A DNA stretch of 64,000 nt from Octopus vulgaris (GCA_951406725.2 OX597821.1:47988001-48052000), one strand, 5' to 3'. Shown: positions 1-13,403, numbered from the stretch's first letter. The notes: generated by a model not told the origin, from the letters alone. A program made the numbers and translations.

Positions 1-306
1 GTCAAGAATGACCATGGGATTGCACCTAGAAAGTTACCCTCCTAGACACAAGTCCGGGCAAGGTTGTTTATGGAAGGCTAGCAGTCACCCATGCATACCA
101 GCCTCCCCTCTCCACGCCACCAGCGTTATCCAAGGGAAAGACAAAGGTCGATACAGCTTGGCACCTGTGACGTCGCAACTCATTTCTACAGCTGAGTGAA
201 CTAGAGCAACGTGAAATAAAGTGCCTTGCTCGAGAACACAACACGCAGCCCGGTCCGGGATTCGAGCTCACAACCTCACGATCGTAAGCTCGACGCTCTA
301 ACCATT
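1..306 (-). mobile_element. tRNA-derived SINE, cut by the window edge
   Basis: Minus strand begins caatggttagagcgtcgagcttacgatcgtgaggttgtgagctcgaatcccgg (A-box/B-box tRNA-like head), followed by a non-tRNA body. Confidence 0.65.
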
Positions 307-319
307 GTATATATTATAT

Positions 320-677
320 ACAATTGTAGCGTGGACGGTGTTTGTAAGCCATTTAAGAAACACAAAAAAAAATTAGATTCACTTCAACATTTAAATTTAA
401 TTTGCCAAAATATTTTTGGCGCTTTCAGACCATGACCTGTTCACTGACAAAATTCCATTCTGCATTCTCAGATGCAGCATGGAATTTTGTCAGTGAACAG
501 ATCTCAGTCTGAAAGCGACGAAAATATTTTGGCAAATTAAATATAAATGTTGAAGTGAATCTAATTTTTTGTGTGTGTTTCTTAAATGGCTTATAAACAC
601 CTTCCACACAGCAATTGTTTTCATTCCAGCACACGATCTCAAATCAGGTCACTTGCCATGCAAGTACATATCCGTAA

Positions 678-678
<1 letters not shown>
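320..678. mobile_element. Fold-back (palindromic) insert, Penelope pLTR-like, family A copy 1
   Basis: About 321-465 is the reverse complement of about 472-617; the right arm continues ~60 bp further; (TA)n on both sides; homologous to 23155-23460. Confidence 0.7.
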
Positions 679-822
<144 letters not shown>

Positions 823-2455
823 CACTGACAAAAATAAAATTAAGACTGATGATAAAAGTTCTATATCATACAAAATATTTTGTTACTAACACCATACAAA
901 TTATTTTTATCTTTTATACCTAATGCAGAATTTATTTCTCTTTTGAATGATGCAGACAATAGCTATTTTTATACAACTTGAAGAATACTAATGCTAAATT
1001 AATATAAAAATTTTAAATTTACCGGCAAAATTAGTTTAAGACCGTATCATTATAATTTTATTTAAAGCTTATGATTGTAGCAAAAATTAGCAACAAGAAC
1101 GAAATACATATTAGTACTTTGTGCTGTAGCCTTTATTCTTAATAATGGCTGAACAATGCCTCAGCATTGAATTCACTAAGTGATTACAAAATTCTATGGA
1201 AATGTTTTGCCATATTTCATTGACATAATCGAATAATTGTTTTAGATTAGATGGTTTTTTAGCATGGACTTTTTTGGAAACATAATTCCACAAGTTCTCA
1301 ATCGGATTCAGGTCTGGGCTCTGGAGAGGCCATTCGATTATGTCAGTACTATGGTGATCAAAAAATTCCATAACCTTTTTGGCTCTGTGCACAGGACTAT
1401 TGTCCTGCGGATAAATAGCTCCTGGAGGCATTTGGTGAGTCAAATATGGCACAACATTATCCTTTAGTACATTCATATAACCTACATTATTTAGCTTTCC
1501 ATCAACTTTAACCAGAGGGCCAACACCAAAGATACTAAATGCCACCCACACCATCACACCCCACCCCCTGCTTGCACTGTCTTTTTCACGCATTTCAGAT
1601 GGAATTCCTCGGTTGGGTGACATCTGACATATGTTTTACCATCTGATTCAAATATACAGAAGCATGACTCGTCACTCCAATGGACCCTGCACCAATCTTC
1701 GGCAGTCCATTGAGCATGGCTTTTTGCGAAATTAAGGCATTTGAGTTGATTTCTTTCAGATATTATTGGCTTTTTCCTAGCAATTCGTCCATGTAGCCCA
1801 AATTCTCTCAAACGGTTGCGGACGGTTTGTGGTGTAAAAATAACACCATTCTCATTGGACAATTGTTTACAAATGTCAACGGCTGTCAACATTCAGTTGC
1901 CTTCCAAAAGTCGATGGATTCAATGGTCTAACTACACTGTCGTTTTTCTTGGGGTGCCAGTCCTTTGCCAATCTTTATATTGACCAGTCTCTGAGTATAA
2001 CTTCCACACTTGCACACAAGCCATTTTACTGCACTTTAGTTGCTTGCTAATGTTCAAAAAGGAAACTTTTTGCTGGTGAAGTAATACGATTTTTGCTCTC
2101 GTGACTGGACTGAGGCTACGTTGTCTTCCTATTATTAATCAATTGTATAATAACGTTAAATTATAACACTATATAGTGCAGTTAGGCTAATTGTGTGACC
2201 ACCCATTTTGGCAAAAAAATTTGCATACATATTACATGGTCTTAAACTAATTTTGCCGGTAAATTTGAAACGTTTATATTAAGTTAGCATTAGAACTCTT
2301 CAAGTTGTATAAAAATAGTTGTCTGCATCATTCAAAGGAGAAATAAATTCTGCATAAGGTGTAAAAGATAGAAATAATTTGTATGGTGTTAGTAACAAAA
2401 TATTTTGTAAGAAATAGAACTTTTATCATCGGTCTTAAATTTATTTTCGCCAGTG
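823..2455 (-). mobile_element. Full-length Tc1-family DNA transposon with ~220-bp IR-DR terminal inverted repeats
   Basis: TA|CACTGACAAAAATAAAATTAAGAC at the left end and GTCTTAAATTTATTTTCGCCAGTG|TA at the right; TIRs 823-1044 and 2236-2455 with inner/outer AAAAT..TAAGAC direct repeats; TA target site. Confidence 0.95.
1111..2133 (-). pseudogene. Tc1 transposase pseudogene (DD34E)
   Basis: Motifs GRIARKKP, WSDES, QDNSPVH, WPLQSPDLNPIENLW, with 34 residues between the second D and E; start codon decayed to ATA, in-frame stops in the N-terminus, frameshift near 1560. Confidence 0.93.
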
Positions 2456-2469
2456 TATGTATGTATATG

Positions 2470-2684
2470 TAACTACATGTTTATTGTTGGTGATTTTTTC
2501 CTTCTGTGTTCCTTTTCTCTTGGACTTTCCTCTGTCTCCTGTTTCTTAAGAAGAGCTTGGCTTGAAATGTAAAACAACCTTTCCATCCTTCCTTGAGTGT
2601 CTTTTAATACATTGCCTGTACCACATCCTCACATTGTTATTTTTTCTTGCTGTGCTTTTCCTTCATTTGTTTTTGGATTAATGT

Positions 2685-2688
<4 letters not shown>
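2470..2688 (+). mobile_element. Short (TA)n-embedded element, family B (degenerate hammerhead-like core)
   Basis: gaagagcttggcttgaaatgtaaaac and terminal ttggattaa resemble 39624-39826. Confidence 0.5.
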
Positions 2689-2732
<44 letters not shown>

Positions 2733-2829
2733 ACACACACACACACATATACTTACATAATTATTTCCAGGACATGAAATGTGTTTCATTGCCAAGAAAA
2801 ATATACAGAATATATACTATTGCATTATC

Positions 2830-2860
<31 letters not shown>

Positions 2861-3599
2861 TGCTGAAACCAATAATATATATATGTATATATATATAATT
2901 TATATAGAGAGAGACAGAGAGAGAGTGAGAGAAAGAGAGAGTTGTGCAATGAGAAAGGATGAAAGACAAAATAAAAGAGAAGAAAAAGAATAACAAAGAA
3001 ATAAAGCAAGGAGAAGAAGCAAAAGGGATGTTTTTGTCTTTTGCAATGGGAATGAAAAAAAAGTTAAAAAATATAGCCAAGACATTCCCTCCACTCACCA
3101 TCCATTCTCTATGTAATCTGAATTGATGCGTCTTCCTCAGAAACTTCTACTGCATGTTTATTCTGCAATAGTCCATTTGTTTATTTCACGATTGTCATCA
3201 TGTTGCCAAGTGGACAGAACCTTCCAGAAGAACAAAATAAAACAAAACAAAAAAAAGAAAAAGAAAACGCCAAACTAACAATCTTAACTGAGCCAAATGG
3301 AGCTGCTTTTCTATTTCTGTTGATCTTTCAGAATGATGCAAGAGGAATCAAGAGAGGAATTGTTCTTCTCTGTTATCATCAAACTGATTTTTCCATTTGA
3401 ACTGACATTTATAGAACAACAACAACAACAGTATCAACAACAAAGGCACAAACATCAACAATGACAAAAGCCACATAAAACTTAACACATCTACCCCCCT
3501 CTCCACACAGTTCTTCTCTCCTTCCTCTTCAACAAAGTGACTGCCACATCCTATCTGCCTTGATTTCTTTGCTTATAGAATCAGAATCTTAAACACATT

Positions 3600-5060
3600 C
3601 CTCACAATATTAGCCTTTTTTAATTCCTTCTCTTTCTCCCTCTCTCTTCCTCCATCTCCCTTTTCACATTTCTCTCCTTATTCCTCTCTTATTTCTTTTA
3701 CATTCTCTTTCCTTTTTCAATTCCTTCATTTGTTTTTTTTCTCAATACATCTGATTCATTCATCCTAATCTTTCTTCTTCTCCTCTTCCTCCTCCTCCTT
3801 TTTTTCTCCTCCTCACCCTTTTCCTTCTCCTCCTCCCCTCCTGTTTTACTTCCTTTCTTTCACTGCTAACATTTATTTGCATCATTTTGCTGTTTATGCC
3901 ACCTTCCCTTACCCTCCCCTCAGCATCATCATCAACATCACTGACATTGACACAATTGGCATCATCCTCACTGTCAGCCTCTTGTTCTTCTTCCTCCCTA
4001 TTTTCTTTCTAATCATCATCATAGCTGTTGTTTTCATCACCACCACCACCACCACCATCAGTACCATCATCATCGCTATCTTCATCTCATTGTCCACCAT
4101 CATCACTATTGCCACTAATTTTCTCATCTTTGTGTTCTTATTGTTCATGTCATTATCACCACCACCAACACCAACACCACCATGCATATTACTGACATAT
4201 CAATTTTTGTCCTCAACCCTGTCATCATCTCCCTGGTGTCTACTATAAACACCAACATGTAAATCCAATACTGTTCTGTTCAGCTGACACAATAATACTG
4301 GTTTTCCTATTTGTGGTATCCTGAAAACACTGCACTCTTGTACAGGTGTTAATGAGTACAGGTGTTGATTATCCAGAAATTAAGAAATAATGTTGTTGTT
4401 GTTGTTGTTTTATTGTCCAAACCTCCATCTTATTTTTAAGAGATATATATAGATGGACTCTTAGATGACTTACACACCTGTTGCTGTGGTTGTTGTAGAA
4501 AAACTTAATAGATTACAAGAGGTGTATCAGTAATGTACACAATAAATAATAAATGTATATATATATATATATATAATATCTTCTCTCTTCATTCCTTTGC
4601 GCTACATGGGCTCAAATCTCCTCCCCTTGCCTCTGTCCCCCTCCCTCCTACTTCTCTTCACCCCTACCCTCTTTCGCTCAGCTCGCTTCTTTCTTATTCT
4701 CTTTCTCTCTTCTCTCATACCCACCTTTCCCTTCTCCCTTCATCATCAACCCTCTCCCATAAGCCCACCCTACCCCTACACATTCCTACCCCACCTTCCC
4801 TATCATTCCCATCCCTTACACTCTCTCCCACATACCCCACCTCTCTGCCTACCCACAAACCCCACCTCTACCCCTACCCCAGCCTAACTCGCACCCCACC
4901 TCTACCCCACCCCAGCCTAACCCACACCCCACCTGTGCTTTCCCCACTCTCGCCTCCCCCACCCCCCAACACCATCACACCATGCCACACTACACCATAC
5001 CACACAACACATCACATCACATCACACCAGCACTGACCAAATCCCATCCCCACATTTTCA
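3600..5060. repeat. Low-complexity pyrimidine-rich / (CAT,CAC)n tracts
   Basis: CT-rich and CAC/CAT-rich sequence; the Pro/Leu/His-rich ORFs here are compositional. Confidence 0.7.
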
Positions 5061-5109
5061 CACCTACACATACAAACACGCACATGTCAAGATCACTGGC
5101 CCTCTTTCA

Positions 5110-5420
5110 CACGCACATATGTACTCTCTTACACATATGCGCACCTTCGTTTTTGGATCACTGCTACTTTGTTATCTCCCCTTCTTCTTAGCTCTCCTGT
5201 GTGACCCTTCTATCCGGCATTCGCCATGATAGATCGCTAACCACTACACATTTTTTTCTCTCCTTGTTTCTCTCCTTGTTTCTTTCTGTGTTCTTTTCTG
5301 TGGAAGAGCTTAGGCTCGAAACATTAAAGACTTTTTCAATTCCTGAGCATTATACTAATACATCTGTTTGTTTTCTACTCCATCTTTCTTCATCTTTTGT
5401 TTTTTGGGAATTATCCCTAT
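5110..5420 (+). mobile_element. Short element, family B-related (hammerhead-like gaagagc-ttag-gctcgaaac)
   Basis: Homologous to 27758-27962(-); ends in (TA)n. Confidence 0.55.
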
Positions 5421-5444
5421 ATATATACATGTGTGTGTGTGTGT

Positions 5445-5992
5445 GTGGACTGTGTGATAAAAAGTTTGCTTCCCAGTCACATGGTTCTGGGTTCAGTCCC
5501 ACTGAGTGACATCTTGGGTGAGTGTCTTCTACTATAGCTTTGTGCTTACCAAAGACTTGTGAGGGAATTTGGTAGACAGAAACGGTAAAAAGTCTGTCAT
5601 GTGTATGTGTGTGTGTTTGTGTTTGTCTCCTCACCACAGCTTGACAACAGGTGTTGGTGTATTCATATTCTTGCAACTTAGCAGTTCAGCAAAAGAGATT
5701 GACAGAATAAATACTAGGTTTAAAATGAATATGTCACAGGGTCAATTTGTTCAATTAAAACTTTTCAAGGCAGGTGCCCCAGCATGGTCTCAGTTGAATG
5801 ACTGAAACAAATAAAAGATCATGTGTGTGTGTGTGTTTGTGTTTGTCCCCTCACCACAGCTTGACAACAGGTGTTGGTGTATTCATATTCTTGCAAAATG
5901 AATATGTCACAGGGTCAATTTGTTCAATTAGATCTTTTCAAGGCGGGTGCCCCAGCATGGTCTCAGTTGAATGACTGAAACATGTAAAAGAT
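5445..5992 (+). mobile_element. tRNA-derived SINE family S1 with tandem duplication of its 3' half
   Basis: ggttctgggttcagtcccactg...ttgggtgagtgtcttctactatagc...gactgaaacaa; 5820-5992 repeats parts of 5605-5820. Confidence 0.8.
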
Positions 5993-6521
5993 TATGTGTG
6001 TGTGTGTGTGTGTACTGAACATAGAGAAAGTAAAACAAACATTGTTACGTAAAATGACAGTATTTTAGATTTATGCATGTAGCAGATGACATGGAAGTGA
6101 ATGGAAAGAGCATCAAAATAATTGTGTTGGTAGCACTTACCGAATATATTTGCCACAGCTACTGAGAGGTTCTGATCAAAGATTGATTTTTCTTCTGCAA
6201 AAGTTCACATAAAATCAATAGTATAAAAACGAAAGATCAATAATTTACAGAAACTCAATCACTCTGATTTTTATATTTGATTTTTTTTCTCAGATGTCAT
6301 TGATATTTATAGCATGCTATGTATTTTTGAGTTGAGAAAAGAGAACCTTAAGTATGAAATATTTGATGCTTAAGATAGTTCTCTTGGGGATCTCTCTACA
6401 CACACTCTGTACCGAAAATCTCTGGCTAGAAGATAAACTAACAGAGGGACCAGATTGAAATGGCTAGAACCTCATAGTAAAGTTTACATTGTTTAATTAG
6501 GAACAGGGATTAAAACTGTCA

Positions 6522-6568
<47 letters not shown>

Positions 6569-6584
6569 ACAGTAGTAGTAATGA

Positions 6585-7253
6585 TGATTTCAAATTTTTC
6601 CACAAGGGCAGCAACTTTGGGGGAGGGGATGGGTTTATTACATCGACCCTAGTGTTCAACTTGTACTTATTTTATTGACCCCTAAAGGATGAAAGGTAAA
6701 GTCAATCTCAGTGGAATTTGAACTCAAAACATAGTGATGGGTGAAATACTGCAAAGCATTTTGTCCAGCTTGCCGCCTTAATAATAATATTAATAATAAT
6801 ACTTTCTACTATAGGCACAAAGCCTGAAATTTGTGGGGAGGCAGGTAAGTCGATTACATCAACCCCAATATTCAACTGGTACTTAATGTATTGGCTCTGA
6901 TATTATGAAAGGCTAAGTTGAGCTCAGAATGTAAATGTGGACGAAATGCTACCAAGCATTTTGCCCATTGTGCTGGTGATTCTGCTAGTTCGCTGCCCCT
7001 AAACAATAATAATAATGATGATGATGACAATGATAATGATTTCAAATTTTGACACAAGGTCAGCAATTTCAGGACAGAGGGATGAGTTGATTACATTGAC
7101 CCCCAGTACTCAAACGGTACTTATTTTATCGACCCCAAAAGGATGAAAGGCAAAGTCAACCTCAGTGGAATTTGAACTCAGAACATCTTTAGATTGACAA
7201 AATGCCACTAAGCATTTTGCCCAGTGTGCTGGCGATTCTCCCAGCTCACCATT
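6585..7253 (-). mobile_element. Three tandem copies of (TAA)n-associated tRNA-derived SINE family S2
   Basis: Each copy has gacccc..aaggatgaaaggcaaagtcaacctc..ggaatttgaactcagaa...gccgcctt; copies at about 6585-6780, 6800-7000 and 7035-7253, separated by TAA/TGA runs. Confidence 0.85.
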
Positions 7254-7257
7254 TTAA

Positions 7258-9239
7258 CCCTCTAGTGGTGAAGTTCTGTAATTTCCATAGCTAGTGTGGT
7301 GGGGTATAGAGAACTCCACTCATAGTTTAGCTATGTTTAGTACTTTTTATTAGTTTATATGTGTTCTGAAGCAATAATATTACCAAAAAGCATATTCTGA
7401 TATAATGTATTTATTTAACATGTAAACAAAAAGCAAATGAATACTCTTTGAAAATGAAGGTCAAACAAAATAAAACTATTTTTTGGTGGGGAGAGTGCTC
7501 CTTTCATATTTACTGCTTACTCATTGTTTGCACTATCATCCTCATCACTTTGAGCAAAGCAGTCAATGCAAATGTGCATCACATGTTCCAGGTAGATAGG
7601 CTTATAGCACTTCTGGTGGCAATTTCTTGTCTTATGATCTCTTGACCTGGGGCATAATGAGCATATTTGTATGGAATCTTCATGATGATATTTTGGAGGC
7701 AATTCCTTAGATACTAAGAAATGTTGAATCTTCCTTTTCAAGTCTTTCCTCAAATATGAAGATACAATTATCAACAAATTCCTCAAAGAACTTTCTAACA
7801 GGTGCAAACTTATCTTCTAACCTTCTTTCAGCCCAGGTGTGGATGTCATCAAACCTCATAGACCTCTGCAGGATACAAAATCGCTGCAAAGACATAGTTG
7901 CTAGAAAAAGCTCAAAACTTGTACCATTGGTTGCACAAACATCTTCCATATTCATTTGGCTAACTCTAAAAACTCCTTAGAGATTAAAGCAGTCCTATTG
8001 CAGCTTTCATCTCCTTTTCATTAGTATGTCTCTCTTTTGACTTATCTTTATATTTTCCTTGTTTACTGTCAGTTTAGAAATTAGTGCAGGCTGCTAATTC
8101 ATTCAGAAGTTCTTGTATGAGAAACAAATACCAACAGTCCTTTGCAGCATACACATGTTTTGCTGCCCGTCTTGGTCCTGGTGAATCCTGGTATATGTTG
8201 TGTGCACTTGCACTCCATGGTAGACATGGGGGAACTTTGCAGCATACACATGTTTTGCAGCCCCTCTTGGTCCTGGTGAATCCTGGTATAAGTTGTGTGC
8301 ACTTGCACTCCATGGTAGACATGGGGGAACTTTGCAGCATACACATGTTTTGCAGCCCCTCTTGGTCCTGGTGAATCCTGGTATATGTTGTGTGCACTTG
8401 CACTCCATGGTAGACATGGGGGAACTTTGCAGCATACACATGTTTTGCAGCCCCTCTTGGTCCTGGTGAATCCTGGTATATGTTGTGTGCACTTGCACTC
8501 CATGGAAGACATGGGGGAACTTCTTTCCAGAGAGTTTTATTATTTTTGCTTATAAGCTGTTTTTCTGTGTTGCTGGTAGCCTGCTGTTCTTCTTCATCAT
8601 TAGCTTCATCTGTTTCTTCTACAGGATCATCTGAGGTAGTCTGCAACATGCCATCTGCTTCAGTTCCTCCTTCATCTGTCATTTATTCTTCATCTGTTGT
8701 TTCTTCCTCAGCTATACTCTCTTCTTCCTTTTCATCTCGTTCTTCATCAAGAAATTATCCTAATTTGTCTATGTCTAATTCTCTCTCTCAATTATTCCAG
8801 TTGTCTTTCATAGTCCATTGGGAATCTGAAAGGAAAGAAGATTTCTCACTTTTATGACATTCAGAACCATCTAATAACAAAAGAAAAAAAAAGATGTTGG
8901 TCAGTTGAAAATAATATATAAGTTTTTGCGAGAAATAATCAGCCTTTCAGATATAAAAATAAATAAAATAAACAGTAATAAAGAAAACGAAACAAAAATG
9001 TACCATCTCAATAAATAGTACAGTGAATGGTATGGTGAAATATGCACAACCCTAGACACTAATAATATGTGTGTACACTTCTCATTACTCAGCAAGTGAC
9101 TGAGTGGAATTGTGAATTAACTCAGTGGAGTGTGCCAAGAAAATACATGGATGGAAAGCACTATCACTGCTACAAGATGTAAGATACACATATACAAACA
9201 TCACCTGGGGTGTGAGATATCCTACTGCTCCACTAGAGG

Positions 9240-9240
<1 letters not shown>
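7258..9240 (-). mobile_element. Internally deleted piggyBac transposon
   Basis: TTAA|CCCTCTAGTGG ... CCACTAGAGGG|TTAA; minus-strand fragments with an acidic N-terminus, ATMSLQRF..RFDD...DKFAPVR and a C-terminal Cys-rich domain (CSLC..CHQKC..ICIDC). Confidence 0.92.
8140..8519. repeat. Four near-identical 95-bp tandem repeats inside the piggyBac transposase
   Basis: Unit starts ctttgcagcatacacatg at 8140, 8235, 8330 and 8425. Confidence 0.95.
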
Positions 9241-9789
<549 letters not shown>

Positions 9790-9791
<2 letters not shown>

Positions 9792-10165
9792 CCTGAAATT
9801 TTGGGGAGATGGGGTATGTCAATTACACTAATTAAGTGCTCAACTGATATTTTATCAACCGTAAGGGGATGAAACACAATGTTGACCTTGGCAGAATCTG
9901 AACACATAATGTAAAGATAGATGAAATGCTGCTCAGCATTTTGTTCAGCATGGAAAGGATTCTACCAGCTCACTGCCTTAATAATAATTATTATTATAAT
10001 TATAATTCATTCTGCTATAGGCACAAGGCTGTAAATCTTGGTGCCAGAGGTTAGTCAATTACACTGACCCCAGCAGGAAACTAGTACTTGTTTCATTGAC
10101 CCCAAAAGGATGAAAGGCAAAGTCAACCCTGGTGGACTTTGAACTCAGAATGTAAAGACAGATGA
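9790..10165 (-). mobile_element. Two SINE S2 copies
   Basis: Same gatgaaaggcaaagtcaacc / gaactcagaatgtaaagac motifs as 6585-7253. Confidence 0.75.
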
Positions 10166-10169
10166 AGGC

Positions 10170-11630
10170 ATAAGTTCTGTGTGTGGCTGTCTATGTGAAC
10201 AGCTCAGGGAATTGGTGCCATCCTTGCCCTGAATGGGTCAGTGTATCCTCTGTGTTTATGGGCATTCTGCAGCAAGTTACACAAGGAAAACTTGGTGTCT
10301 CTTAGTCTTGGTCAGCAACTGGGTTAGAGCTGGTGTTGTATTTGGGGTAACCCTTTACATGAAACTCTCAAATAAAAACACTTGGTGAGCAAACCCTGTA
10401 GAAAATCATTTTCATTTGTTGCAATGATGATAATACCAATCCAAATTATAGCAACGAATGGGAAGACTCCCTTGGATATCCAAGACACTAGATCTCCCAT
10501 GACCCTCAGAGGGCAATGGAGTGAAAGACCAGACTCCACTCAATTGTGGTATTTTTACTGGTCAAAATATACAACATACTCACAGATATAAGTGGCCTGT
10601 TGATATAAATAAAAAGGCAATTAAGTGCCATGAACGAGCCTTGCTAGACAAGAGCAATGGCAAATGTAAAGCTGAAAGAAAAAGATCATTAGAACTTTGG
10701 AACCTGCTGAGTATGTTCCAGATTACTGAAAATGGACTTATGAATCATATAAGTATGCTTTGAAATAGAGGCTTTCTTAATGAAACCCCAGTTCAGACAA
10801 TCAGAAAAGGGCTCTGTAGTAATGATAACCTCAATGAGGATAATGTAGGTGAAGGTCAGCAGATTAATAAGCAAGGTGAAGGTGTAGTAAAGGAGAAGGA
10901 CTTGTGTGGAGGAATGGGAAAAAAATCAATATAATGTATTGATTACCAGACCCTCTATTACTCAGAGGATGTGACTGAGGAACAGAGGGACCTAATGATA
11001 AGACTCAAGGAAATAATCATTACAAAAGAAGAGACCAAACCAGTGATGCTTTTACCATGTGTGTGAATATGTGACACAAAAGGTTGATGGAATCCTGAAG
11101 TATTTTTCCCAATCCTCCACACAAGTCCTTCCCCTTTACTACACCTTCACCTTGCCTATTAATCTGCTGACCTTTACTTACATTATTCTCATTGAGGTTA
11201 TCATCACTGCAGAGTCCTTTTCTGATTGTCTGTGTTGGGGTTCGATTAAGAAAGCCTCTATTTCAGAGCATACTTATATGAGTATGCTAAGATGTGGAAG
11301 TTGTGAGAGTCAAACATAAAGCCAGATTTATCAGAAACAAGGAACTTGGTTAGATCCACTTCAATTTTAGTCGGCAAACTAGTTGGGAAAAAAAGATAGG
11401 AAATCAAGTAGTCAGTAGGAGCCATGGTGAAAGCAAGAAATCAAAAGCGATATTAAATCCTTGTGTAAAGATCTGGTTTATAGCAAAAATCAGCTATTCT
11501 TGGAACTGAAAGCATACTGCATTAAATACTGTCTGTCCGAGGTCCTTGTTGTGACCTAACAGACAGTACAAACCCCTGATACACACAATATCTTCAAACT
11601 ACAGTATTGGATACTGTGCAATGTCTTGAA
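10170..11630 (+). mobile_element. Decayed, internally deleted R4/Dong-like non-LTR element with an internal inverted duplication
   Basis: ITENGLMNHI, EPW*K and KSAILGTE..LH remnants; 3' end gtccgaggtccttgttgtgacc; ends at (GAA)n. Confidence 0.45.
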
Positions 11631-11631
11631 T

Positions 11632-11788
11632 AAGAAGAAGAAGAAGAAGAAGGAGGAGAAGAAGAAGAAGAAGAAGAAGAAGAAGAAGAAGAAGAAGAAG
11701 AAGAAGAAGGGGAAGAAGAAGAAGAAGAAGAAGAAGAAGAAGAAGAAGAAGAAGAAGAAGAAGAAGAAGAAGAAGAAGAAGAAGAAGA
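11632..11788. repeat. (GAA)n tract
   Basis: Direct reading. Confidence 0.95.
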
Positions 11789-12280
11789 GATAAGAAATTA
11801 CATCTATTAATTGTTAATGTTAATGATTCTGTGTGTGTTTATGACTGTGTGTGAGAGAGAGTGTGTGTTCCATTTTTACTCATCCAAATGATTTAGAGAA
11901 GAGCAAGTAAATCATTATTATAAAGAAAGAAGTGTATGAGAATTATAACCTGATGTAGGAGCACACGTGTGTTGACAGAGTGGAGATAGAAGTGAGCCTT
12001 ATCAAAAACTGTCACAATGGAACTGTCTTTCAGGTAAATTTTGACCAACAAAATAAGAGATAAATGCTGTCTTAATGAGAAACATTTCAAGGAATTTTAT
12101 TATGTCAGACATTACTGAAATGTTTTCGTATGTCAACAAGAAAACCATCACTTTCACTGATATTCTCAAGAATATAGAGCAAGAGATGACCGGTGTGTGA
12201 CATTGAACATCAACTCTTTGAAGATCTGGTTCTATGTAAACCATAATGACCATGAAAGTGAAGAAATAGAGACTCAAACA

Positions 12281-12427
12281 TCATGAGTCAAGGTGGTTGT
12301 TTACAACTTTTTTCATCATTTTCTTCTTGTTGGAGCTGATGATAGCATGACAGTAATTGCCAGGACCAGGGAAGATATCTTTGTTGCCAAAAGGAAAAGG
12401 AAACCCAAAAGTGGAACCTAGCAAGAT
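12281..12427 (-). CDS. Candidate terminal coding exon (PGPGNY motif)
   Basis: Acceptor ctttcttttcatttcag| then ILLGSTFGFPFPFGNKDIFPGPGNYCHAIISSNKKKMMKKVVNNHLDS*; non-repetitive context. Confidence 0.2.
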   Translation of the reverse strand: MLLGSTFGFPFPFGNKDIFPGPGNYCHAIISSNKKKMMKKVVNNHLDS

Positions 12428-13009
12428 CTGAAATGAAAAGAAAGATGTGAAAATATATATTGTAGTGACACACAACTGGCTCAGACCATTATAATAAATA
12501 ATTGTCACTAAAAGTAAAAGATGATTAATGATATAACAAAAAAATCACAAATAAAGTAATTTTCCAAATGATAGAAGGCAGATAGAATGACATTAAATAC
12601 AGTAATATAAAACTGATATTAAATAAGTATAAATTTCTGTTTTAATGCTTGCATCAAAATAAGTAATATGATATTGCATTTTTAAATGCAATGATATTCA
12701 CTTGGGAATTCAACTTAGTTTTGTTTGTATTGCACTTGGCAACCTGCTACAATGCAAACATCAAATTATCTACATATACATTTGTTTCTAGAAAATTCAC
12801 TTTGAATATAAAAGGAAAATGGTTAGAATCAAACAATGTTTATTTATTGATATAAAACAATGTATTTTCCATGATAAAATTACAAATGAAGTAATATAAT
12901 AATGTGAAAACATGAGAGTTTCAAATGGAATGTTTTGGTATATATTTACTGAGTTTAATGTATAAAGAATAAAATATTTTGTTTCCTACACTTCACTGCA
13001 TCACTTCCA

Positions 13010-13084
13010 TTATTTTTATTATTATTATTATTATTATTGTTATTATTATTGTTGTTGTTATTATTATTATTATTATTGTTGTTG

Positions 13085-13163
<79 letters not shown>

Positions 13164-13375
13164 CATTAAGGTAGTGTGCTGACAGAATTGTAGAATTGTT
13201 AGTGTATTGGACAAAAAGCTTAGTAGAATATCTTCTAGCTTTGTATGTTCTGAGATCAAATTCTATCAAGGTCAACTTTGCCTTTCTTCCTTTTGGGGTT
13301 GATAAAATGAAGTACCAGTTGAGCGCTTGGATCAATATAATCAACTAGTCCCCTCTTCTACCTATAACAGAAAGA
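13010..13375 (+). mobile_element. (TTA)n tract followed by SINE S2 (13166-13375)
   Basis: aaggtagtgtgctgacagaattg...ttctgagatcaaattc..gtcaactttgcctttcttccttttggggttgataaaatgaagtaccag. Confidence 0.75.
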
Positions 13376-13403
13376 ATTATTATTATTATTATTATTATTA
13401 TCA

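Noticed and set aside
4533-5036. 167-aa Pro/Leu/His-rich ORF
   Set aside because: Compositional product of a C-rich low-complexity tract
8140-8519. CRISPR-like regular repeats
   Set aside because: Head-to-tail 95-bp units with no unique spacers, inside a eukaryotic piggyBac
10170-10420. HDV-like ribozyme at the 5' end of the R4/Dong-like element
   Set aside because: I could not assemble the nested double pseudoknot by eye
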